Source: Malacoraja senta
Lineage: Eukaryota
DNA: 64,000 nt
Assembly: GCA_038087875.1 (NCBI GenBank)
Contig: CM075983.1
Span: 25,978,001-26,042,000 of the forward strand
Direction of reading: 5' to 3'
In this document: positions 24,620-36,400 of the stretch, in pieces
Position numbering within the stretch: position 1 is the stretch's first letter
Layout of the letters: every line of letters begins with the position of its first letter
Program-made: the position numbers and the translations under genes
The notes under the pieces: generated by a model
Seen by the model: the letters and a program-made list of their open reading frames with translations, nothing else
What the model was told of the DNA's origin: nothing
The model's database searches: none

Positions 24620-25615
24620 ATGAAAAGTACATCTCCAGGTCAGAGCCCACAGAGGAAAATCTCAAAACATCTGCTGAAGACTCTGGAACAGCAAGAAACT
24701 TCAGAACTGACCTCTGGAGAGGTCTCTGGAATGGCTACTCGATCTGCAAAAGAGAAAGCCGAAATGGAGGACTTAAGAAACTCGGTAAGAGATATCAAAA
24801 ATGATATGGAAGCTGGGAACAGTAAATTGATGGCCGGTAATGATAAAATACTTGAGGGTATTGAGGCTCTCCAAAAAAGAATTGAAGGTGTGGAAAAAGG
24901 ATTATCGATAAAAATTGAAAAGCTGGCAGAAGAGACCACAAAGATGTTTGAGGCTGTGCACGAAACTGTGGCTGCAAATGCATCTGCAGTGAAAGATTTG
25001 GAAGCTGCTGTGGAAGTGATGGCTGGAGAGATGCAGACTATGAAGTCAGAAATAGATAGTCTCAAGAACCAAGTCACAAAGGTTTCGAATAAATGTGTTG
25101 ACCTAGAAGCTCGCTCAAGACGTCAAAATATAAGAATACGTGGTGTAAAAGAGGGAGCTGAGGGGGACAATGTTTGTGAGTTCGCTGCCAACCTAATTAA
25201 ACACGTACTGAAGCTACCAGAAGTACCTGTAATTGAAGTAGCACATCGACTCCCCAGATTTAAATCAAGATCTCAAGGCGAACATGCCTACCCACGACAG
25301 ATCATAATTAAACTTCGGGATATCTCAACAATGGAAGCGCTGATGAAAAAAATCAACCACGGAGAGAAGATGATGTACAGAGGTGATACTATTAAACTCC
25401 TACGGGACTACCCTTATGAGATTGAGCAAAAGAGAAGAAAGTTCTCACAGACCAGAGAAGTTCTTTATGGTGTTAAGGGAGTTTTGTGTGGAGTGTTCTA
25501 TCCGGCTAGAATGCATATTACCTTTGAGGGAGTGTCAAAAACATTCACTAATTCGGATGAATCTCTCAAATACGCTCAAGAAATCGCGACTAAGGCTGCA
25601 TCAACTGGAGATTGA
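24620..25615 (+). CDS. L1 ORF1p (coiled coil + RRM + CTD), intact, 331 aa
   Basis: Heptad-rich N-terminal half, then DLEARSRRQNIRIRGVKEG, IEVAHR, YPARMHIT, typical of L1 ORF1. Confidence 0.9.
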   Translation: MKSTSPGQSPQRKISKHLLKTLEQQETSELTSGEVSGMATRSAKEKAEMEDLRNSVRDIKNDMEAGNSKLMAGNDKILEGIEALQKRIEGVEKGLSIKIEKLAEETTKMFEAVHETVAANASAVKDLEAAVEVMAGEMQTMKSEIDSLKNQVTKVSNKCVDLEARSRRQNIRIRGVKEGAEGDNVCEFAANLIKHVLKLPEVPVIEVAHRLPRFKSRSQGEHAYPRQIIIKLRDISTMEALMKKINHGEKMMYRGDTIKLLRDYPYEIEQKRRKFSQTREVLYGVKGVLCGVFYPARMHITFEGVSKTFTNSDESLKYAQEIATKAASTGD

Positions 25616-26833
25616 AAACCAAGACGACATGAACAAACGAACTTGCTTATTCTCCCAACAAGAGTATCACAAGGAAAGTGAATTAACTGAACACTGATTT
25701 TTTATTTTTTATTTGACTTCAAGCAACAGATTCTTAGTGAGAGGTGGCTAGACATTATTATCTTCGCTGGAACATTGTGCTATGTAATTCAAGGACACTA
25801 CGTGCTCAAACGAGGAAAACCTGATAACACGGGACGAACTGCTGGGCTGAGAGTGAAAAACATCACATGGCTTATATTGTTTATAAAAAACTGAAAAAAC
25901 TGAGAACTAATAATAATTAATAATTAACAATACTAATATAGAAATAGCAATTGAAATAGATAAAAAATGTGCAGCCTGCTCTGTTTAGCAGATAACAGCA
26001 AGTGCTATGCAGCTCGAGAGTGGAGGGAGGGGGAGACCGGGTACCTGGCATAACTCCAGGAGCCAGACTCCCGTTAACCCTTCCAGCGAACAGCTCATTT
26101 TTAACAATATTAAAACCAATTTAAAATAGTTAAGAGATAATATACACTCGAGGTTGGTATGAAAAATATATACGGCTTATATAGTTTTACAAAATGCTGA
26201 GAATTAATCATAATTAATAATTAACAATACTAATATAGAAATAATATTTGAAACTGATAAAACTGTGGTGCCTGCGTCATAACGCAGACAGCAGTTATCA
26301 CATATGTTCGCAGCTCGTGGAGAGGAGAGGAGATCAGGCACCTGGCACAATTCCAGGAACCTGACTCCGGTTAATCCATTCAGTAAACCGCTCACTTTAA
26401 CAATACTAAATTCATTTTAAAATAGTTAAGAGATAAAGAGTGAGTAGGATATGGAATCGAATACATTTGACATATATATAAATTGTAACTGGGTGAAATA
26501 GAACTGAATTGGAAACGGTAATGACCCCATAGATTTTGGGTAATAAATACAGCGGGGCTAACTTTATACCAACTACGCCGGAAGCGTTATGGATGTCGTA
26601 CCCCACAGACGAGTGGGCCACTCACTACGGTGTTGAAATTTTAGACACCGTAAATTTATTTGATTTATATATATTTTTTTTAATCACAATATGTCACATC
26701 TGTGTGTTTTTTCTTCAAGGACAATCGCGCAGGAGAACTACCAAGGAAGTCTATAATAGAAATACTCCCAAAATAACCAGAGTCCGGAGGTATGAACGCA
26801 CCATAATAATTAAGGTCATTAAAACTGGTAAAA

Positions 26834-29800
26834 ATGCATGACGACAATCAAAAGAAAATAGGAGGAATCACATTATGTAGTTGGAATATAAGGGGGATTA
26901 ATGAACCTATTAAAAGGGGCAAGATACTAGCTCAGTTGAAATCATACAACACGGACATTGCGTTTTTACAGGAAACACATCTTAAACAGCAAGATCAGAC
27001 AAGACTGAGGGCGAACTGGATAGGCCAAACATTTCACTCTTCATTTACCTCCAAATCTAGAGGTACTGCAATTATTATTCGTAAAGGAATTCCATTTAAA
27101 TCAAAGAACACTATTTTAGATAAGGAAGGGAGATATCTTATAGTAGCAGGGGAGATCAATAATATGCCAATTACGCTGGTAAACATATATGCGCCCAACT
27201 TTGATAACCCTCAATTTTTTAATAAAATTCTGAATATAATTGCAGAATCTAATTATCAAAATGTTATAATCGGAGGAGATTTTAATTGTGTTTTAGATCC
27301 TTATTTAGATAAATCGATGCAAAAACAAAAAGGTCAGACGAAATCTAAAACCAGTGAACTCTTACACACATATATGGAAAACACAAATATAACAGATGTA
27401 TGGAGGATTGCAAACCCGACGGGAAGGGATTACTCGTTTTATTCAATGGTGCATAAAACATATTCACGGATAGACTATTTTCTTGTGGATACAAAATTAA
27501 TTCCGCAATCTCTGAATCCTAAATATCATATTAATGCGATCTCAGATCATTCTCCGTTAACTTTTGTTCTAAAACTAGAAGGAATGTCTATGAATAAACC
27601 GTTCTGGAGGTTTAACTCACAAATTTTAAAAGACCCTCAAGGGAGTATCTATCTAAAAAAACAGATGGATCTATTTTTTTAGTTAAATGATACACCAGAG
27701 ATATCCCCCACGTTATTATGGGAATCCTTCAAAGCATTTATAAGAGGAGTCATTATTTCATTTCAAGCTTATCAAAATAAAAAGAATAAGAATGAACAAA
27801 GACACTTAGAAGATCAAATAAAACAGTTAGATATAGATAATGCTAAAGACCCAACTATGGATAAACATAATAAAATACTACTACTGAAATTTCAGTTAAA
27901 TAAATTACTGTCAGAGAAAGTTATAACATTATTTCAAATCACAAAACAAGAACACTTCGAATTCGGGGACAAACCCCACAAACTTCTAGCACGACAACTT
28001 AAAAAACGGGAAAAAGAGAATGCAATATTAAAGATTAAATCAGATAGAGGGGAAGTATTAACACTACCCAAGGATATTAATAAAAGATTTGCTCAATTTT
28101 ACCAGAATCTATACACATCTAAAACGTCAATAGACAATAATAAAATCTCAGAATTTTTAGATAATTGTAATCTACCACAATTAGAACGCAGGGAACAAGA
28201 GGAACTGGGAGCACAAATTACTTCTAAGGAGATAGAAGACACAATAAAAACACTAAAAAATGGAAAAACACCAGGACCAGACGGATTCAGTAATGAATTT
28301 TATAAATCTTTTTATGATATAGTTACTCCACGATTACAAAAAATGTATACATATGCTTATAAAGAGCAAAACCTACCTGAAACACTAGCGGAATCAACGA
28401 TCATATTAATACTTAAAAAAGATAAAAATATAGAAGAACCAGGATCATATAGAGCTATTGCTTTGTTAAATACGGATCAGAAAATAATAGCAAAAACATT
28501 AGCCAATAGATTAAGCAAGTATGTTAGTAGACTAATACATGAGGATCAAACAGGATTTATACCTAAGAGACACTCATTTAATAATTTGAGACGTTTGCTT
28601 AACATAATGGATTCACATAAATCTTATGACCAAGAGTTAGCTATCATCTCACTGACGCAGAAAAAGCGTTTGATCAAGTAGAATGGGACTATATGATCAA
28701 AGTATTGCAAAAATTCCAATTGGGAGAAAACTTTATTGCATGGATAAAACTACTATATAACAAACCTACGGCTAGAATACTAACTAATAATATATTATCT
28801 TCAAAATTCGAATTATCTAGGGGCAACAGACAAGGATGTTCACTATCACCGCTGTTATTTGCTTTGGTAATTGAACCCCTTGCTGAAAAAATAAGAACAC
28901 ACTCGAATATTCACGGTTATAACACAAAATATTCAAACAACAAACTATCCCTATATGCTGATGATGTACTACTGTACATCACAAAACCACAAATTAGTAT
29001 ACCAAATATATTAAACTTAATTGAGGACTTTGGATCCTTTTCAGGATATAGAATAAATTGGAACAAAAGTGAAATTATGTCGATTAAACCAAAAGACTCA
29101 ACACATCTCAGGAAATTCCCTTTTAAAATAGCTATGGAAAAATTCAAATATTTAGGAATTGAGATTACTAGAAATTACCATGATATGTTTAAAGCTAATT
29201 ATAATCCCCTACTTAAGAAATTAAATAATTTGATTAAATTTTGGAAAACACTTCCGATGTCCTTAATAGGTAGGATAAATGCTATAAAAATGATTTTCTT
29301 ACCACAAATCCTTTACCTATTTCAATCAATACCTATATATCTCCCAAAAAAGTTTTTCAAAAAACTGGACTCAGACATTACAAATTTTATATGGGATTAC
29401 AAATCCCACAGAATACAAAGACCACACCTTAACAAACTAAAAGAGTTGGGGGGTCTAGCGCTCCCTAACTTTATGTATTATAACTGGGCAGTAAATATTA
29501 AAAATATGATTCACCTGCTGGACAATTCTGCCCAGCAGGTGGACTGGATTATAATGGAAAAAGGGGATTGCTCCCCGAATAATATAGGAGCGATTATTCT
29601 CTCTCCAATAAATTTGAATAATAAAAATTATAATAAAAATCCAATTATATATAGCACTATTAGAACATAGAAGCAAATAAAACAGAATCTAAAATTAAGA
29701 AACCTATCTCTCTTAATACCAATAGTCAATAACCCATCGTTTAAACCTTCAATCATAGATAAATCATTTATACAATGGGAAAGAATGGGAATCAAAACGC

Positions 29801-30624
29801 TCGAAGATCTGTATGAATTAGAAAAATTACTATCATTCCAACAACTACAACTGAAATATAATTTGAAAAATAATCAATATTTTAAATATCTACAAATCTG
29901 TGACTATTTGAAAACACACACAAAAGATTATTATAATATGCCTTCCGACTTACTAGATGAAGCAATGAAGACAAAGGCGGAATCAGTTAATTTAATATCA
30001 TACTTATATAATATCATCTTAAACATAGAAATACCCACAACAGATGGAATTAGAAGAGATTGGGAACAAGATCTAGGTATAAAAATTTCAAAAGAGAGTT
30101 GGGATAATCATTTATTACAGGTGCATAAATGCTCGATCAACGTACGACATACGCTTATCCAATTTAAAACATTACATAGATTATATTATTCAAAAACCAA
30201 ACTAAATAAAATCTTTCCTAACGTCTCACCAATCTGTGATAAATGTATATGTCAAGAAGCTACCATAGCACATTCTTTTGTTTTTTGTACAAAAATCCAA
30301 AAATTCTGGTTTGAAATATTTGATATTTTTTCAAAATTAATCAAAATAAAACTGGTACCAAAACCAGAATGGATTATTTTTGGAATATCGGAAGGTATTC
30401 CTGAATTAAATGTGTATCAGAAGAATTTACTCAATTATGGGCTAATAATGGGAAAAAAGCTTATACTTAAATTCTGGAAAAATACGCCCACACCAACAAT
30501 AAAAATGTGGACATCAAATATGTTGGAAACATTACATCTGGAAGAGATGAGATTCCTCCTAGTAGGCAAAGTAGACCAATTTCAAAAGACGTGGTCTACG
30601 TTTTTGGACCTATTACAAGCATGA
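26834..30624 (+). pseudogene. L1 ORF2p (APE endonuclease-RT-Cys domain) with three lesions
   Basis: In-frame TAG at 27680-27682, 1-nt frameshift near 28652, in-frame TAG at 29668-29670; YADD intact. Confidence 0.92.
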
Positions 30625-33600
30625 GGTGCAATAGTAATTTAGAAAAACAAATAAATAAATAAATGGTATCTGGACCTGGTAATGGGAGGTAAAACAAAAA
30701 CAGACTTGGTTGGTAGTTCTTTCTCTATGAAGTATGTTATAAGAGTTATAATAGAGCGATTGTTCCTTCTTTCTTTCTCTTTCTTTTCTAGGGTCTATTT
30801 TCTAACTTTACTTCCTTCTCTAACTTCTTTTCTAAGGGGCTTTCTTTTCCCAACACTCTTTTGCACTTCACAACCTTTGCGCACTTTCTTCACTTTTCTT
30901 ACTTCTTTCTTTTTCTTTCTTAAAGTTTAAAAAAGTGAAGCGGTACAAAAAATGTATTAATATATACGTGTTGTACATTACTGTAATCTACCGTACTTCT
31001 ATTAAAAAAATTATTTTAAAAAAAATTGGAAGGAATGTCTAAGAATAAATCGTTTTGGAGGTTTAATCCTCAAATTTTTACGTTTTACGTTAATCCTCAA
31101 ACACAGTTTTATGTGAATGCATTATGTTGAGCAGACGTCTCAGATTATTAGATGATTGTCTCTTAGGGATAAATCCCGTTTGATCCGGATTTATTAATTT
31201 ACTAACATACTTACTTAATCTTCTAGCTAATGTTTTCGCTAATATTTTTTGATCTGTATTTAACAACGCAATAGCTCTATATGATCCGGGTTCTTCTGTA
31301 TCTTTGTCTTTTTTAAGTATTAATGTAATCGTTGATTCTGCTAGTGTTTCAGGTAATGTTTGTTCTTTAAAGGCATATATATACATTTTCTGTAAACGTG
31401 GTATAATTATGTCATAAAAACTTTTATAAAATTCATTACTAAATCCATCAGGTCCTGGTGTTTTTCCATTCTTTAATGAAGTTATTGTGTCTTCTATTTC
31501 CTAAATTCAAATTTGTGCTCCCAATTCCTCTTGTTCCTTCAACTCTAATTTTGGAAGATTACAATTATCCAAGAACTCTGTGACTTTATTGGTGTCCGTT
31601 GTCATTTTGGATGTGTACAAATTCTCATAAAATTACGCAAATCTTTTATTAATATAATTCGGTAAAGTTAATAATTCCCCTCTATCTGATTTAATCTTTA
31701 GGATCGTGTGTTCTTTTTCTCGTTTTTTTAGCTGACGTGCCAAAAGTTTGTGGGGTTTATCCCCAAATTCAAAGTGTTCCTGTCTTGTGATTTGGAATAG
31801 CCTTATAACTTTGGCTGATAATAATTTATTTAATTTAAATTTCAGTATTAATATTTTATTGTGTTTATCCATAGTTGGATCTTTAGCATTATCTATATCC
31901 AGTTGCCTAATTTGTTCTTCTAACTGTCTTTGTTCGTTCTTGTTCTTTTTATTTTGAAAAGCTTGGTGTGAAATTATAACGCCTCTAATAAATGATTTGA
32001 AGGATTCCCATAATAAAGTGGGCGATATATCTGGAGTGTCATTTATTTCAAAAAAGAGGTCCATTTGTTGTTTTAGATATATACTCCCTTGCGGGTCTTT
32101 TAAAATTTGAGGATTAAACCTCCAAAACGATTTATTCTTAGACATTCCTTCCAATTTTAAAAAGAAAGTTAGCGGGGAGTGATCTGAGATCGTGTTGGTA
32201 TGATATTTTGGGTTCGAAGTATAGGGGATTAATTTTGTATCCACCAGGAAATAATCTATACGTGAGTATGTTTTGTGTACCATTGAATAAAACGAGTATT
32301 CCCTGCCGGTCGGATTCGCGATCCTCCATACATCTGTTATATTGGTATTTTTTATGTATGTATATAAGAGTTCACTAGTTTTAGATTTCGTATTACCTCT
32401 CTGTTTTTGCCTAGATTTATCTATATACGGATCTAAAACACAATTAAAGTCTCCTCCAATTATAACATTTTGGTAATTAGATTCTGCGATTATATTCAAG
32501 ATTTTATTGAAAAAATGAGGATTATCAAAGTTGGGCGCATAAATATTTACCAAGGTGATTGGGGAAGCGTGGATCTCTCCGGTAACTATCAAACATCTCC
32601 CTTCCTTATCTGTTATGGTATTCTTTGCTTTAAATGGAATGCCTTTACGAATAATGATTGACGTACCTCTAGATTTCGAAGTAAATGAAGAGTGATATAT
32701 TTGGCCTATCCAATTCGCCCTCAATCTAGCCTGATCTTGGGATTTGAGATGGGTTTCTTGTAGAAAGGTGATGTCTGTATTGTACAATTTCAGCTGAGCT
32801 AATATCTTACCCCTTTTAATAGGTTCATTAACACCCCTTATGTTCCAACTGCAGAATGTGACTCCTCCCAGTTTCTTTTGTTTAACATCTTGCATTTTGA
32901 ATGGTTTTAATACCCTTAAATCTTACGGTGCATCCAAACCTCAGGTCTTTAGATATTAGGGGAACCTTTGCGCTACAAAGTTCAATTGGTAGATCCCTTT
33001 TGCGATTATCCTTAAACAAAAAACACAAGCATGTGACGTTGTGATTTTAAAAAAATTGAAAAAGTGAAAATACAGTGTCTAAACTTGTCGACACTGTAAC
33101 AAGTGGCCCACCTGTAGGTGGGAGAAAACGTTGTATCGTCTTCCATTGTCGATATTAAACAATTAGCTCCGCTCCCTTAATTACTCATAGCATAATGGAA
33201 CGGGACCTCAAAATCAAATGTATAGCACCCATTTACCATATATGTATATATTTCGTTATGACTTATCATATATATCTAACATTTTTATCTACTAAGTGTT
33301 TAAACGTATGATTTTACCTTCGATAATAATCAACTGTTGGTTGAAGGGGTTAACCTGAAACGGGCTCCTGGGACTGGGCCAGATGCCCGCTTCTCCTCCC
33401 CTCCCCCCAAATATAGATAAGACTGAAACTTATTGAATTATATGTGTTAGTTCTTAAATTAGTTATTAGTTATTTCCTTATCAATTATCGCCCTCTATAA
33501 AAGGGGTTCCCTCTTTATAATACTTGTTTAAATTCTTCCCCATTCTGCAATTCTGGTTAGCATCCATTACTATTTCTATGTTAATATTGTTAAAAGTGTT

Positions 33601-35342
33601 GGTCCTGTGCGATTTAAGTTAGTATTTTAATCTCTTAAACAACAGTAATTGCTTCTGGTGTATTCCACATTCTGCTCTTCAGTTTGTCGTTCCCGTGTTA
33701 TTCTCTCTTTGCTTCGCTTGGAACACAGAATGTCCTTGAATTAAATTCCACAGATAAGGCGTCTAGACAGGCGCACATGGAAAATTTCTCCATCTTAGTT
33801 GGGTTTTTTAAAGTACTAAAAGAACTGTCTCTTCACTTCTGTTCAGCCGATGACTGTGGAATAATAAAGAGAAAGATTTGTCCATACCGTCCATACCTTC
33901 CAGCTACCTTCCTTAGGCGGCATTCTCTTCCACGATGGTTTGGGCATATTTGTATGCAGCCTCCGGGTTTATGAACGATTTTTCTTTTCCATTGTAGGTA
34001 ATCCGCATCTTAGCTGGATAGAAAACACCGTATCTAACATTTTGAATTCCTTGAAGAATGTGTTTTGTCTTTGAAAACTGATTCCGCTTTTGTACAATTT
34101 CATAAGGATAGTCCCTGAATAGTTTGATAGAGTCCTTACCAAACATCAATAGCACTCCATATTTGATTTTCCTCATAACCTCTTCAAGGTCTGAAATGTC
34201 CTGAAATTTCACGATGATCTGTCGTGGATGGTCTGGTCTTATTTTTGATCTTGGTATAAATCTCGGTACTCAATGTGCCACTTCAATTTTCGGTTCAGTG
34301 GGGAGATTAAGCAGTTGTTTGAGAAAGTCCACAGCGAACTCACGAGGGTCATTTCCCTCGGCTCCCTCTGACACTCCAACAATTCTTAGGTTTTGGCGTC
34401 TCGAACGAGCTTCCAGATCAAGGCATTTATCCGAAACTTTCGCCAGCTGAATCGCCATCTGTCTTGTGCTGTGGTCTTGTTCTAGCCTCGTTCTCTCCAT
34501 ATCTTCAGCCATTCATGCCATATCCGTCTCCATTTCTTTCGTTGTAGTCAGATATGAAGCGATTGTTTCAAGCACAGCCTTGAACTTCTCCGTGGAAACT
34601 TCTTCCATCTTATCAATTCTCTCCGATAATTCTCCTTTCACATCATCAATTCGTTTATTTATGATGCCAATTGAATCAATAACTTTCTGATTACCAGCAC
34701 TCATATTCTCCGTCATCTTTTCCATTTTTTCCATCATTTTATTATTTCCATCCACAATTTCATCTTTCATTTCACTTACCGATTTCTTTAATTTCTCAAA
34801 TACTTTGTCTTTGTCTTTAGCCAATTCAGTCTTGGATCTTGTACTCATTTCAGAGACCACTTCAGGGACCACTTCAGAGGTGAATTCTTCAGGTTTCGTC
34901 TGGCTTTTCAGGAGGTGTCTTGTGACTGTTCTTTGAGGACTCTGAGCAGGAGATGATTTTTACATTTAAAAGGCTTTAAACCTCCGTTAAATTCACCGCG
35001 CTTACTGATGACGTCATCAGCGCGACGTCCAGAGGCTCCGGTACGTTTTTTAAAATCGGTCCCGACCAGTAGACCCGATTTTAACGCGAAAAATCGAAAA
35101 TTTTCGGGAGCGGAGCTAGGTGTTGCGTCTGTTAATGTAATATGGCGCCACCGGAAGTCTACTACATAACTTCAACATCTCTATATGCCCTTCTTCCTCT
35201 AAATAAGAAGTTAGTGTGGGCAGGCTATTCCAGTATGTTCTAATACATATTTAATTTGACAGAGAAATATACAGAGGCTTGACTGAAGTGAATCAATGGT
35301 TGGTGGGGGAGGCATTGCATTAAGGTCTCATTCCTGGTTTAC

Positions 35343-35454
35343 CTCTCTGGCAGCACGTTCCCCAGCCCGTACCGCTCCATCCATGTACCCACTCCACTTG
35401 GTAGCCGTTTCGGTGCCGGCAAAGTAGAGTCTCCCAAAAGGCTCTCGTAGAACT
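35343..35454 (-). CDS. mao: Monoamine oxidase exon 13
   Basis: 112 bp, [41 protein letters not shown] boundaries; contains the aromatic-cage Tyr. Confidence 0.97.
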
Positions 35455-36400
35455 CTGCACATTGAAAGCAATGTGTGTGAGTTAATTCATCAAACCAAAT
35501 CAGTTTATCTAATACTGAGTAGTCATCTCCTGTTTAAATCAGAATCTGAATACGCTGTCCCTCATCGAATTTTGTGCAACATGAGCTGTCCAAGTGTTTG
35601 ACCTCACAGGCCACTGTGGAGCCTTGGGTCCTAAATAGAAAACACTAATGTTCATTTGTTTGTTTATATCGCCATCTGATGATATCAACGAATCTCAGTT
35701 AGGGATGGAGGAGTTGTCCACTGGGCAGGCAGCAGTGCTAAGAAAAGTCCTTTTCAAAATCCACTTGCCGGATCTCCTATTTGCCTCTGAGATTTGTAAG
35801 AGATATAGCCGGTACCACAAGACCTTAAAGATACCACCAAAAATGTCCTCCATTTTCACTGGAAGGACAAGTGAAGAAAGGTCAGTGTCCACTCCCAGCT
35901 CGACATCCCACACACGAGCATCTAGTCACATTGGTAGGCCCAGCACCAGACTTCAAAACCGGGCACTCTGTCCTAATCTCCATAACTGGAAGAGCAATCC
36001 AACAGACAAACAAAAAGATTCAAGGACACACATAAAGCCTACTTTAAAAATCCAACCTCCTCCTAGAAACCCATGCTCTTAACCACTATTCTGGATGGAA
36101 TGGAAAGCCTAGTGTCCATGTATTGGGAGCTCATTGAAGTCCTACATAGTGGTGGAAGGTGTGCACCACCTGCGCTCGTCATCAGTGGAAGAGTCTGTGG
36201 CTCCTACAATAGTCACCTCAGAACCCCAAAACTGGAGTGGAACCATTCATCCTTGACCCTGAGGGATTGCTTAATAAAATAGGTCAGCAAGCACCAGCGG
36301 AATGGATGAACAACTGTTAGTATGGTTTAGGACATGTGCAGCAGAGTTTTAGATGATCTAAAGTCGAGATAAACTAGTTCGAGGGAGTTCAGGTGCATTT

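Larger units (their letters stand above)
24431..31025 (+). mobile_element. Full-length L1-clade LINE (inner), inserted in opposite orientation into ORF2 of the outer L1
   Basis: 5'UTR homologous to that of the outer element, ORF1, 1.2-kb spacer, ORF2, T-rich 3'UTR and A-rich tail at about 31001-31025. Confidence 0.95.
22037..35159 (-). mobile_element. Full-length L1-clade LINE (outer), split by a nested L1; ORF1 34965-33913, ORF2 32895-31101 continuing 24429-22430, multiple stops
   Basis: TSD TCTACTACATAACTT at 22022-22036 and 35158-35172 (13-15 bp); A-rich tail at about 22037-22065; APE endonuclease (SWNIRG, LQETH, GGDFN, SDH), RT (QGCSLSP, YTDD) and C-terminal Cys/His motif; ORF2 resumes across the insert (HSHKT / EEQEL..LDAEKAFD). 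Confidence 0.93.

Noticed and set aside
26021-26085. HDV-like ribozyme reading of the spacer stem-loop
   Set aside because: Could not place the nested double pseudoknot or catalytic C by eye on either strand; left as an unassigned structure.
26700-26834. Possible splice acceptor (pyrimidine tract, AAG|G) upstream of L1 ORF2 in both elements
   Set aside because: Weak AAG acceptor, no partner donor identified, and downstream frames are inconsistent between the two copies.
35648-36282. 144-aa and 69-aa ORFs in MAO intron 12
   Set aside because: No motifs or splice support; probably decayed repeat, family not identifiable by eye.
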